From assembly GCA_951406725.2 (NCBI GenBank), contig OX597835.1:23622001-23686000 (forward strand): a stretch of DNA of 64,000 nt, given 5' to 3'. The notes beneath the pieces are model-generated. The model did no database searches. It was not told where the DNA came from and saw only the letters and a program-made list of their open reading frames with translations. Of the stretch, positions 26,396 to 38,411 are shown piece after piece. Position numbers and translations under genes: made by a program. Source of the DNA: Octopus vulgaris. Lineage: Eukaryota. Position 1 is the first letter of the stretch; the number at the start of each line of letters is the position of its first letter.

Positions 26396-27243
26396 GGTGG
26401 TGTAACAACCCGGAATATACTCCTGCCCGGACTATACATGGGGCTAGTCTGGGCTAGCGCTGACTATACCCCCTCCAGACAACTAGGTCAGAATATACCC
26501 CTGTGCAGTCTATATCCCATGCTTGCGGACAAATAACACAAATGTATCTCACTTATAAAAGTTGCCTCAGAGCATTTATAAAATTTGATATCACTCGATG
26601 AAGAGCTAAAAGTCACGTGTAAATTTCGATTTAAACATAGCAATTTAGAATTATCAAATGCAAAATACTTAAAAATGTATCAATATAAATCCAACACGAA
26701 TGGCCACATTTGTGCGAGTCCAGGCTATGACTCACAGTACAGGTGCACTTTGCAGTAAGCGTGAGTCGTCAATTTTTTCCAATCTACCCTATATATTGGG
26801 TTTATATAGGTACATTGAATATTTGCATTTCATAATTCTAAATCGCTATGTTTAAATCGAAATTTACATGTAACTTTTAATTCTTCCTCGATTGATATCA
26901 AATTTTATATGTTTTGAGGCAACTTTTATAAGTGAGGTACATCTCCGAGGTCGACTTTGCCTTTCATCCTTTTGGGGTCGATAAATTAAGTACCAGTTAC
27001 GCACTGGGGTCGATATAATCGACTTAATACCTATATCTGTCCTTGTTTGTCCCCTCTATGTTTAGCCCCTTGTGGGTAATAAAGAAATAGGTACATCTGT
27101 GTTATTTGTCCACAAGCATGGGGCATAGTGTGGACAGGAGTATAATATGGGCTGGCCGTCTGGAGGGGGTATAGTCTGGGCTTGCCCAGACTAGTCCCAC
27201 GTATAGTCCGAGCAGGGGTATATCCTAGGTTGTTATAGCGACC
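26396..27243. mobile_element. Long foldback MITE (~290-bp arms) interrupted by a 5'-truncated SINE B (26945-27089)
   Basis: Arms TGTAACAACCCGGAATATACTCCTGCCCGGACTATAC... / ...GTATAGTCCGAGCAGGGGTATATCCTAGGTTGTTATA; SINE TSD GGTACATCT at 26936-26944 and 27090-27098. Confidence 0.85.
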
Positions 27244-27558
27244 GTAACATCAGCTCATTGATGACATGGTCCGCAAGATTGGTTTACGAAGAAGTTGCGA
27301 TTTGTTTTTACCATCGCAAATTTATGAACGCCTATATTTTCGACATATTTATCATCGCAAGTTCATTCTTAATTTTACTTTTTATGTTTGTATTTTAAGC
27401 ATCAATAAGTAGGGACCTAATAGGCCAACAAAAAGACAAGCTAGTAGCGCTGTCATAATTAAGACGTTCGTTCTACATAAAGTACGTAGCGACTTTCAGT
27501 TGAACATTTTTGAAGTAGCTACAAGAAGGTGTTACAATGGTAATCTCTCTCTCTCTCC

Positions 27559-27643
<85 letters not shown>

Positions 27644-27721
27644 GTATATATATTATATATTATATGTATATTTATACTGATAAAAGTAACAAAGTTTCCT
27701 CAACAGAGATGGAATTATGAA

Positions 27722-27882
27722 CATTTAATGCATCGCTACGCGCGTTTCCACAAATCCCATATCTTTTAAGATCACAGTCCGTGTTCCTGGGGTGATTCCT
27801 GTGCAGTCCGTAGTATTCGCGGGCTTCAGACTGATTTTAATTGACATGTGATTTGTGAAAATGCGCGTAGCGATGCATTTAC
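27722..27882. mobile_element. Small hairpin MITE
   Basis: AATGCATCGCTACGCGCGTTTCCACAAATC / GATTTGTGAAAATGCGCGTAGCGATGCATT inverted arms. Confidence 0.7.
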
Positions 27883-27916
27883 AGCACAACATTTACATAT
27901 TGATATATTTATTTGA

Positions 27917-28133
27917 AAGAAAAGGAGATACGACGAGTCATATTTGAGCTTTGGTTTCACTGTGTTTACTGATGGTGGAGTAGAAAAACCAGTGTGTTCT
28001 GTATTCTGAGGTGTTGGCAGCTTCTTCGTTGAAGCCCAGCAGTCTAAAGAGGCATTTGGAAACGAAGCATCCCAGTCCAGTCAACAAAGACGAAAAGTTT
28101 TTCAGACGCCAAGCTGACAGATTGGTAAAATCC
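27917..28133 (+). pseudogene. hAT (Buster/Charlie-type) transposase BED zinc-finger fragment
   Basis: KKRRYDESYLSFGFTVFTDGGVEKP, frameshift, then VLYSEVLAASSLKPSSLKRHLETKHPSPVNKDEKFFRRQ; one Cys lost. Confidence 0.85.
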
Positions 28134-28270
28134 AACATATATATATATATATATATTCAGCCGAAATTGCGAGGATGATCCGGTTCTTGACTGAAGATTA
28201 GAGGCTTCGAATGACCCGTCCGTGTATTTTTGTATCGTCTATTTGAATGTTTTGCGTTCCTGTTCCATTT

Positions 28271-28338
<68 letters not shown>

Positions 28339-28339
<1 letters not shown>

Positions 28340-28719
28340 TAGCAGTATCGCCCGGCGTTGCTCGGGTTTGTAAGGGAAATAACTATATAAGCATTTTTAG
28401 AGAGTTATAGCCAAATAATAGCAAAAAGATGCATTAAAAATGGAAAAAAAATGATGGTAAAGTTTTTAAAAAATCGTTGACTCATCGTAGACATTTTTAG
28501 AGAGTTACTTCCCTTATATAATAGCGAAAAAATGCATTAAAATGGAAAAAAATGATGGTAAATTTATTTAAAAATCGTAGACTCATCGTAGACGCGCGCT
28601 AATACCCAGAAGGGCTCGATATGAATCACGACTATAAGATACCTGGTTTTGGTTAAACTGCACCGCAAAATGTGGGAGTAGTTACGAATCTAAATCGTAG
28701 GAGACAGACACACAACCTC

Positions 28720-28730
<11 letters not shown>
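28339..28730 (-). mobile_element. Non-autonomous Helitron, second family
   Basis: Minus-strand hairpin CCCGAGCAACGCCGGG then CGATACTG-CTAG|T; internal ~90-bp duplication; embedded in (TA)n. Confidence 0.75.
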
Positions 28731-28758
<28 letters not shown>

Positions 28759-29384
28759 AGTAAATGTAAGGACAAGCAAGTTAGGCAAGTCGATATACAA
28801 AAAATATTAAATACATTTAATGATGGAATCAATTTACGATCCTTATTTTGGACCACCAAGTCCCCAGAAAAAAAACAAAAACTGTTGGACTCGTTATTCA
28901 ACCCCTTTAATTCCTGATATTATTTCAAATCTGTGGAAGTCGGATCTTTTTATATGTAAACATATGTACATTTTTTTTGTATTAAATGTATTTAATATTT
29001 TTTGTATATCAGCTTATCTGACTTGTTTTACTTCTGTACCTGCCCAAGTTTAAAACTTTTTGAGTACTCCCAAGTGTATTCTATACGAAGAATACTTGTC
29101 TCTAATCTATCTATACACACACACACGCACACACACATTATATATTCACATATATTCACCGGACATCTTTCGGTTTCCGTCTGCCAAACCACTCAGAAAG
29201 CTTTCATCGACCCGGATCTATAGCAGAAGACACTTGTCCAAGGTGCCCCGCTGCGGGACTGAACCCGGAACCATATGGTTGAGAAGCAAACCCAACAAAG
29301 GAAATAACTCCAGTTATATCACTTCTTCCAAATGTTTTTTAGAAAATAAAATCAATGAAATCAGAATTGGATCTTACCCCCTCT

Positions 29385-29819
29385 GGATCTTTTCGGTTTG
29401 AACGGCAGTTTTTAACATAATTTCTAGGTAACTAAAAAATTTTAAACTTCGTATACTGGTAGAATGTGTTTATAAAACATCTTTTTCTCTTGGCTTTATT
29501 GAGAAAATTCTATAGTTTGTAAGATATTTGTTGTTTTTTTCTTCAATTTCTGCAATTTCAACCAATCAAAGACGTCTATTGAGTTAAAAAGCATTCTGTG
29601 CCGTATGAATATGTCCCTCGTTTAAGAAACAGATTGGGTTTATTTACATTCGTGAAGAAAAAAAAGATACCCTTCCCCCACCCCTAATCCTAACCCTAAC
29701 TCACCTTAACCCTAAAAGAGATTGAAATGCAATAGATCGATTCTAGGGTCATAATTATGGGTGACAATAATTTCATATGACACCGCTTGAAAAAACTGCC
29801 GTTCAAACCGAAAAGATCC
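29385..29819. mobile_element. Merlin-like MITE with 9-bp TSD
   Basis: ACCCCCTCT at 29376-29384 and 29820-29828; perfect ~28-bp TIRs. Confidence 0.9.
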
Positions 29820-29978
29820 ACCCCCTCTTTCTGTATATGCTTACTTCGCTGATGAAATCTCATAAGATGGAAACATCTCCCTCGCCTTTACTTGTTAGCT
29901 CTTAAAGACAATTTCCTCTCAGAAATACTAACTTTCTAAATCTCTCGTAGTGACATGTACGGTGGTGGGGCGATAGAA

Positions 29979-30090
29979 TGGTTGTATACTGTCAATCTAA
30001 CACGAACGTGACAGTAGGTGGGTACACCACCGCTGTTTAGTCCTACCCCCCCTACTGTTACGTTCGTGTTAGATTGACAGTATACAACCA
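29979..30090. repeat. Near-perfect 40-bp-stem hairpin (probable tiny MITE; similar architecture at 52264-52352)
   Basis: TGGTTGTATACTGTCAATCTAACACGAACGTGACAGTAGG / CCTACTGTTACGTTCGTGTTAGATTGACAGTATACAACCA. Confidence 0.8.
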
Positions 30091-30977
30091 CAATATCCTC
30101 TCCTAAACGCATAACTGGCAATATCTTCGCTGGTCACAATTTTCCATATTTGAAACTCTCTTGTAGGAAGATTTTGTCTTCTAATTGGAAGGATTGTCTT
30201 GGTTAATTGAAGTTTTTGAACTAGCTATATTACAGTTATGAAACTGTTGTGTGTGTGTGTGTTTATATGCACACATATATACAGACATACACACTTAAAT
30301 ATCTATATACGTATGTACACACATATATGCAATTGTATATATACGTACATGCATAGACACAAACACACAGCATACGTACACTCAAACACACACACACACA
30401 TATGGTAGAGGGGCGTACATACATAGATTTTGAAGGCGGTTCTTCACCATGGCCTGAGCTGAGACGGCTAAAAACAAACTAAAGAGAACTGAGAACCACA
30501 GAGAGACCTCAGTTCGTGTTCATCAACCGTTAAACTGCAGGGGAAAGTGAAAGAAAGTAGAGATAGATGGGGAAATGCTAATGTGGGCCAAAGTGGTGGT
30601 GGGTGCAGTGGTGAGAATGAAAGAGAGAGAAGGAGAGCGACAGAGTTGGTAATGTGACCTAGAGAAGGGGCGGCGTCGGTGTAAAAGGAAAATGGACTAC
30701 ACTCATTCTCTTTAACAAAGGAAGAATAAACTGGATACGTGAGTGAGGGAGATCGCTTAATGTAGGAGTCCCCTGTCCGAAAGAAACATCAGATATTACT
30801 CTCCTTACACCGTGTCAAGGAGGAGGCAGTAGCTACGTGAGATCGTTCGGCTTGCTAGAAATAGCAACTAAATCTCTTTTACATCACATGTACTGTCTTA
30901 AAACAAACAAGCATTGGACAATGCAATACGGGTAAAATATATTGTTTGGGGGTGGGGGAGAAGAAAAAATAAGTTGT

Positions 30978-31380
30978 TTACATATTGGTTCGTTGGTTCG
31001 TCAAAGATCGAATTGTGCCATCGTTTCCACGTTGGGCTTCCACCACTCGGGCCCATCCCACGGCCTTGATTCCTTCACAACCCAATGCACGAATCCTAGC
31101 TCTGACAATGCAACCCATATCTTGGGCTTCGAGGTGCTGGTTTAATGCCAGTCTTTTGGCCGTCACCTGAGCTGCAGAGCCAGATTCCATTGCTTCCTCT
31201 AAGTCCGTAGCTAATGCTAATCCCTTCCTAGTCTCTCTAGCCACTAAACATGTGCTATATCTAATAGACTCAAATTTAATGGCTCGCTTGAGGGTATACC
31301 ACCATTTGTTATTAATAACAGATCCGGTTAATGCCCTCTGTATCAATAACTTAATCTGGTCTCTTCCAATTCCTTGTCCA
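30978..31380 (-). pseudogene. L1/Tx1-clade ORF2 fragment (linker between endonuclease and RT)
   Basis: NKWWYTLKRAIKFESIRYS...GCIVRARIRALGCEGIKAVGWARVVEAQRGNDGTIRSL matches the L1-clade GxxIRSRxxWxxxGE..IxxL pattern. Confidence 0.7.
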
Positions 31381-31835
31381 TAATATCTATTTCTTTACTA
31401 TCCACAAGGGGCTAAACACAGAGAGGACAAACAAGGACAGACAAACGGATTAAGTCGATTATATCGATCCCAGTGCGTAACTGGTACTTATTTAATCGAC
31501 CCCGAAAGGATGAAAGGCAAAGTCGACCTCGGCGGAATTTGAACTCAGAACGTAACGGCAGACGAAATACGGCTTACGCATTTCGCCCGGTGTGCTAACG
31601 ATTCTGCCAGCTCTCCGCCAATAGATCGTAACAGTTCTTCTTCAGATGTTGACAGCTCTGACCCGCTAAGGTCTGAGTAAAATAAATTCCTTTTGCCAGC
31701 TATCACTAATTCTCGACGAGAGAAAGCACGACCAAATTGCTGCAAAGCACCACACAACAATCAAAACTTCACAAAAGCAATTCAACAGGCAAACAGAACA
31801 GAATTTCTTTATTCCCTTATAATAAGGTTTACATA

Positions 31836-32235
31836 GGCGCAGGAGTGGCTGTGTGGTAAGTAGCTTGCTTACCAACCACATGGTTCCGGGTTCAGTCCCA
31901 CTGCGTGGCACCTTGGGAAAGTGTCTTCTACTATAGCCTCGGGCCAACCAAAGCCTTGTGAGTGGATTTGGTAGACGGAAACTGAAAGAAGCCCGTCGTA
32001 TATATATATGTGTGTGTGTGTTTGTGTCTGTGTTTGTCCCCCAACATTGCTTGACAACCGATGCTGGTATGTTTACATCCCAGTAACTTAGCGGCTCGGC
32101 AAAAGAGACCGATAGAATAAGTACTAGGCTTACAAAGAATAAGTCCTGGAGTCGATTTGCTCGACTAAAAGGCGGTGCTCCAGCATGGCCGCAGTCAAAT
32201 GACTGAAACAAGTAAAAGAGTAAAAGAGTAAAGAG
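31836..32235 (+). mobile_element. SINE family A, full length
   Basis: A-box TGGCTGTGTGG, B-box GGTTCAGTCCC, tail (GAGTAAAA)n. Confidence 0.92.
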
Positions 32236-32484
32236 TATAGATGGGACATAACAAGCACAAAAGACATGTAGGGGACGGACATACATTCTTACACATATGA
32301 TTTAAAAACGGATGAAGTTACAATTACGAATGAAAAATGAAAAATATAAATGGCGAATAACAAATTAGTTTAGGGTTAATGATTTAATCCGCTGGTCGTT
32401 TTTTTCCCTTTTCGGTCACCTTTTCCATATCCTTTTATTTATTGACCGACCGTGCCAGCATGGCCCCCCGTTCAATCTTATCTT

Positions 32485-32958
32485 ATTTCTTTATTGCCCA
32501 CAAGGGGCTAAACATAGAGGGAACAAACAAGGACAAACAAAGGGGTTAAATCGATTACATCGACCCCAGTGCGTAACTGGTACTTAATTTGGTGGCGAGC
32601 TGGCAGAAACGTTAGTACGCCGGGCGAAATGCTTAGCGGTATTTCGTCTGCGTTACGTTGTGAGTTCAAATTCCGCCGAGGTTGACTTTGCCTTTCATCC
32701 TTTCGGGGTCGATAAATTAAGTACCAGTTACGCACTGGGGTCGATGTAATCGACTTAATACCTATGTCTGTCCTTGTTTGTCCCCTCTGTGTTTAGCCCC
32801 TTGTGGGTAATAAAGAAATAGGTACTTAATTTATCGACCCCGAAAGGATGAAAGGTAAAGTCGACCTCGGCGGAATTTGAACTCAGAACGTAACGGCAGA
32901 CGAAATACGGCTAAGGCTTTCGTCCGGCGTGCTAACGCTTCTGCCAGCTCGCCGCCTT
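32485..32958 (-). mobile_element. SINE B split by a second SINE B in opposite orientation (32591-32820, +)
   Basis: Outer TSD CCCGTTCAATCTTATCTT (32467-32484, 32959-32976); inner TSD GGTACTTAATTT (32579-32590, 32821-32832). Confidence 0.92.
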
Positions 32959-33239
32959 CCCGTTCAATCTTATCTTTCTTACAACTGTTATCCATCTTTT
33001 TTCAAAACACGCTTTGCGACAGGCTCCTCCTCTCCAGACGGATCTAACCAGAGAGGTGGGCGATGAAGTAATCCACCGCCCACGTCCGGAGATGAATTGG
33101 CCCAACAGGCAAACAGAACAGAACTCCGCGCAGTCGCACTGCAGGCATGCAACAGCAATCGAGACGATCAAAATCACGTGATCAAAATTAAAATCACAAC
33201 ACTTTGGATAGGCAAAGGATTTAGTCTTTCTTTTTTTTT

Positions 33240-33622
33240 TACTCTTTTACTTGTTTCAGTCATTTGACTGTGGCCAGGCTGGAGCACCACCTTTAGTCGA
33301 GCAAATCGACCCCAGGACTTATTCTTTGCAAGCCTAGTACTTATTCTATCGGTACTTTTGCCGAACCGTTAAGTTACGGGGAAGCAAACACACCACCATC
33401 GGTTGTCAACCGATGTTGGGGGTACAAACACAGACACACACACATATATACATATATACGATGGGCTTCTTTCAGTTTCCGTCTACCATATCCACTCACA
33501 AGGCTTTGGTCGGCCCGAGGCTATAGTAGAAGATACTTGGCCAAGGTGCCACGCAGTGGGAATGAACCCGGAACCATGTGGTTGGTAAGTAAGCTACTTA
33601 CCATACAGCCACTCCTACGCCT
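33240..33622 (-). mobile_element. SINE family A, full length
   Basis: Reverse complement of 31836-32235. Confidence 0.9.
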
Positions 33623-33904
33623 TTTAATTTTTCTTTTTAACTTTTTAAAAATTTAAATATTATTTCATTTTGTTTAGCCACAGGTCAACTCTGAATTTAG
33701 GTTGCTCCAGTCTTGGCCAAGAGATCCCAGCCATGGCTATCTCATCATGCGACCGAGCGGAACAAAATCCTGACGTACCCTGATCTGTCGGCCAACTACA
33801 TTGATGACCGGTAATAAAGTCACAATTTTGGTTAGGAAAAAAAAAAGCCACAATTAATTTATGGGATCTGGACAAAACCTTATGACTCTTTTTTACCTAG
33901 GTTC

Positions 33905-34295
33905 ACAACATTTTACCATCCTTTGGCGTTCGAGACGTTTGGTGGGGTTGGACCACTGACTGCGAGATTCCTGTCTTCACTGGCAGCCCGCCTAGCAGGG
34001 GTAACTGGTGAAGCTCGAGGGGTCGCTTGGTTATTCCAGCTCATCAGCCCCGCCATTACCCGCGGCAACGCCGCAAGCGTGCTGGCGTGCCTCAAAATTT
34101 ATTAGGGAGATTTCCCAGCGCCCCAAAATTTTCTACTTGTTCGAGTAATATGATACTATAACAATTTATTATTGAGTTTCTAAATATTATGAGTTTGTAT
34201 GAGAGGTTTTTATTGTTAAATTAATTTATCATATCTTTATTGAAATTTTTATTTACATTACGTACTTCTGTTAATAAAAGGATAAATGAGTAAAA
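33905..34295 (+). mobile_element. 5'-truncated CRE-clade non-LTR retrotransposon (C-terminal restriction-like endonuclease region + 3' UTR)
   Basis: YHPLAFETFGGVGPLTARFLSSLAARLAGVTGEARGVAWLFQLISPAITRGNAASVLACL* matches the CRE motif FxPxAxETxG...QRxSxAxQRGNA; AT-rich 3' UTR with AATAAA at ~34273. Confidence 0.8.
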
Positions 34296-34455
34296 ATATA
34301 TATATATATACATAAAAATGTAATAGCAAATACATTTATGTATTTGTATAAGTATTAATGTTATACATTGAAAACTTGAGGAAATGGAAAAATGATATTA
34401 AAGCTTTCACATTCAACATAACTTTCATTATAGAAAGTGATACAATACCATATAC

Positions 34456-34975
34456 GAATCTTTTCGGTTTGACCGGCAGTTTTTTAAAATCATTTCCACG
34501 TAACTAAACACTTTTAAAATTCGTATACTGGTAGAATGTGTTTATAAAACATCTTTTTCTCTTGGCTTTATTGAGAAAATTCTATAGTTTGTAAGATGTT
34601 TGTTTTTTTTCTTCAATTTCTGCAATTTCAACCAATCAATGACGTCTATTGAGGTGAAAACATTCTGTGTCGTATGAATATGTCCCTCGTTTAAGAAACA
34701 GACTGGGTTTATTTACATTTGTGAAGAAAAAAAGATACCCTTCCCCCCACACCTAACCCTAACCCTAACACAGATTGAAATGCAATAGATCGATACTAGG
34801 GTCATAATTATGGGTGACAATTTCATATGACACCGCTAGAAAAAACTGCCGTTCAAACCGAAAAGATCCGGGGAAGGATATCTTTTTTTCTTCACAAATG
34901 TAAATAAACCCTATCTGTTTCTTAAACGAAAGACATATTCATACGGCACAGAATGCTTTTTAACTCAATAGACGT
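34456..34975. mobile_element. Merlin-like MITE followed by an inverted internal partial duplicate
   Basis: TIRs at 34456 and ending 34869; 34870-34975 is the reverse complement of ~34640-34746. Confidence 0.85.
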
Positions 34976-35116
34976 CACGATAAGTACCAGTTGACCCCAG
35001 TACTGGGGTCGTCCCTGAAATTTCTGGCCTTGTATCAACATTTGGTTTATCATAAGGCGGAGGGCTGGCAGAATCGTTAGGACACCGAGCAAAATGTTTA
35101 GCGGCATTTTGTCCAT

Positions 35117-35328
35117 ACTCTTTTACTTGTTTCAGTCATTTGACTGCGGCCATGCTGGAGCACCGCCTTTAATCGAGCAACTCGACCTCGGGACTTATTC
35201 TTTTGTAAGCCCAGTACTTATTCTATCAGTCTCTTTTGCCGAACCGCTACGTAACGGGGACATAAACACACCAGCATCGGTTGTCAAGGAATGCTAGGGG
35301 GACAAACACTGACACACAAACACACACA

Positions 35329-35389
<61 letters not shown>

Positions 35390-35550
35390 GACGGGCTTCT
35401 TTCAGTTTCCGTCTACCAAATCTACTCACAAGGCTTTGGTCGGCCCGAGGCTATAGTAGAAGACACTTGCCCAAGGTGCCACGCAGTGGGACTGAACCCG
35501 GAACCATGTGGTTGGTAAACAAGCTACTTACCACACATCCACTCCTGCGC
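35117..35550 (-). mobile_element. SINE A inserted into a SINE B (35055-35116 / 35551-35800)
   Basis: SINE B head breaks at ...GTCCAT and resumes at CCATCTTTACATTCT. Confidence 0.85.
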
Positions 35551-36463
35551 CATCTTTACATTCTAAGTTAAAATTCCGCCGAGGTTAACTTTATCTTTCA
35601 TCCATTTGGGGTCGATAAAAAGGCGAAGATAAAGAATACCACATCCGGTGTTTAGGGTTAGGGTTACTCCCGAAAATGGGTGGTGTGCGTGTGTATTCTT
35701 TACCTTTGCTGATAAAAGAAGTACCAGTTGAGTACTGGAGTTGATTAATCGACTTTCTCCCTCCCCCAAAATTGCTGGCCTTGTACCAAAATTTGAAACC
35801 AATTGGTTTATTTATTTATCTTTTTTTTTGGGCGGCGAGCTGATAGAATCGTCAACGCGTCGGGAAAAATCCTTCGCAGCATTTCGTCCATCTTTACATT
35901 TCTCTGTTCACATTCCACCAGGGTTGAGTTTGCTTTTCATCCATTCGGGGTCGGTAAAATAAGTACCAGTTAAGGGCTGGGGTAAATATGATCGACTTAC
36001 CCCCTCTCCAAAATTGGTAGCCATATGCCAAAATTTGAAATCAACGTTAATGTTTCTTGTTTTTTTTTTGGTTTTGTCTCAAATATAGACATGGCCAAGT
36101 ATATTGGTGGGGAAGTGTACAGACAATGATGTATACTCGGTGTATACTTCTCCACCAATATGCCTGGTTCTGTGCCTATATTTGAGTCAACTCCCCCCCA
36201 CCAAAAAAGCGCGAAACATTATTAACATTGATTTAAAATTTTGACACATGATTGTACTTTATTTTATCGACCTCGAAAGAATGATAGATAATACAGCAGT
36301 TCTTGGTTGTATTTCGACCGTCGGGATTAACTATGTATCTATATTCTCCAGGATGCGGACCTGGAGAAGACTTTTTTAAATTGAAAAGCTGCTGTTCATG
36401 CAGTAAACTCTGCCCCTTTCACATTACGGATGTTGCCAAAGGGAAAGGCAAGCATACCGGAAG

Positions 36464-36529
<66 letters not shown>

Positions 36530-37347
36530 GGAAGTGTTGTTAACAAGGGGGTCGCGTTGACAAGGGTCGCTTTGACCCTCGCTGACAACCCAGTTTCTGT
36601 TCATGCCTGGTGCCATTCCACTCGAGGCATGTCGCTAATGCATTTGGGAAAGGCGTGAACACCCCGACACTACCTACCTACCTACCCATCCACTAGCTCT
36701 TTCAAAGAGCACACACACAACACTCAAGGATACACCCAAGGAAGATCAACTGCTGCAAATTCAATCATAAACCAACTTCCTGTTATCAAGCGACTACAAA
36801 ACCCGCTAGAAAATAAGTTACGGTGGTGCTCCAGCATGGCCGCAGTCTTAAGATTGAAACCATTAAAATAAAGCAATAAAACACACACACCACACACACA
36901 CACGCATGAATGCAATGGCTCCACTTAGAGAAATCTTCCGCATATTACATACACCCTACCGTTTTATAGAAAAGTCAGTGTATATATAACACTATGACCG
37001 AATAATAAAGATGGAACGTAGCCTTTGATCAGCCGTTAGTTATTTCGACAAGAACCGACCTCCAGCTAAACGACTCTATTGACATGAAGTTTGTGTAGTT
37101 TTGTAATGAAATTTCTACGAACAAAATGACCACACGAATGGTTTTTGCGAAAATCCATGTTATTCCCGCTGTACCAACTGATTTACGATCAATTCCGTTC
37201 CAGTGGTGACCACCCCGATGTTTTAAAAGACAGTATGGTTTGATGCGAGGAAGATTAGGTTCTTATTTCTAGCAGGTGCAGGGACCTTCTATCTCCTAGG
37301 AATAGCAAGCTCATATGTCAAGCCTGTCTATCTGTCCGTCTCTCTCC

Positions 37348-37380
<33 letters not shown>

Positions 37381-37614
37381 CTCCCCTCTCTCTCGTTTAG
37401 CTCCAGGTAAGCCCAAATCGAGCAGACCTATGGTCAAGGACATTCTAATCGCGTCCAGCCATCTTTCTGAATATCTAGGACCAAAGTAGCTTATATCTGT
37501 CATTTTCAAGACTATAGTATTAATTTTTTTAAGATGCGAGGGAGATTAGGCTGTTATTCCTAGCAGGTGGAGGGACCTATCTGATAGAAATTAGAGAGGT
37601 TTCGTTATGTTAAG

Positions 37615-37658
<44 letters not shown>

Positions 37659-37724
37659 ACCCTAACCTTATCTATCTATCTACCTAACCCTAACCCTAAC
37701 CCTATCTATCTATCTATCTATCTG

Positions 37725-37772
<48 letters not shown>

Positions 37773-37807
37773 ACCCTAACCGTATCTATCTATCTATCTA
37801 CCTAACC

Positions 37808-37882
<75 letters not shown>

Positions 37883-37897
37883 GCTATCTATCTATCT
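37615..37897. repeat. (TATC)n satellite interspersed with telomere-like TAACCC units
   Basis: TATCTAACCCTAACCTTATC, TACCTAACCCTAACCCTAACCCTATC, etc. Confidence 0.9.
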
Positions 37898-38359
37898 TTA
37901 TATCTTTATTTATTTATTATTTGCTCTTTCTAGCCGGTCGAGAGACAATGTAATGGGCAAACTTCCTCAGTGATTCGGGTATATTTGTAGTACACATTGT
38001 ATCAATGTTATTGTTTAGCAACCAGATAAGCGCAGTTTCAGAAGACATAGATATGATTTAAGGCTCTCCATCCGTTATAGTCCTACTTTTTTTTCCTAAT
38101 TCAGATATAGGCTATGTAGGACTAAATTTATGTAATATAACATTCTTTTTTTAATTGGATAAACACCTCCCCTCCAAGTCTTTAGGGCGTGATATCAGGG
38201 AAATTTTGCTGCTATTTTTAGCAAGGCGAGCGACAGACAACACAGGGTTGTTTCTTTGTTGGTTCGTGACCAAATGAATTATTCGGTTATTCGGACAAGT
38301 GTTTATATTAACGAACACGACAAGGGGATAGAGAGTGAGTGAGAGATAGAGAGAGAAAG

Positions 38360-38411
<52 letters not shown>

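Larger units (their letters stand above)
31804..33102 (-). mobile_element. 5'-truncated Tx1-like LINE 3' end with 21-bp TSD, itself interrupted by SINEs
   Basis: CAACAGGCAAACAGAACAGAA at 31783-31803 and 33103-33123; ORF remnant CFEKRWITVVRKIRLNG; 3' end GGGAATAAAGAAA. Confidence 0.7.

Noticed and set aside
29845-29885. CTGATGA-AATCT-CATA-AGATG-GAAA-CATCTC hammerhead-like motif
   Set aside because: Stem I does not form and stem III is mismatched; no repeat context, so it may be chance or too decayed to call.
36351-36450. Apparent plus-strand Cys-rich exon (GCGPGEDFFKLKSCCSCSKLCP)
   Set aside because: Its 3' part matches SINE F internal sequence (GATGTT..CAAGGGAAAGGCAA, cf. 1735-1765).
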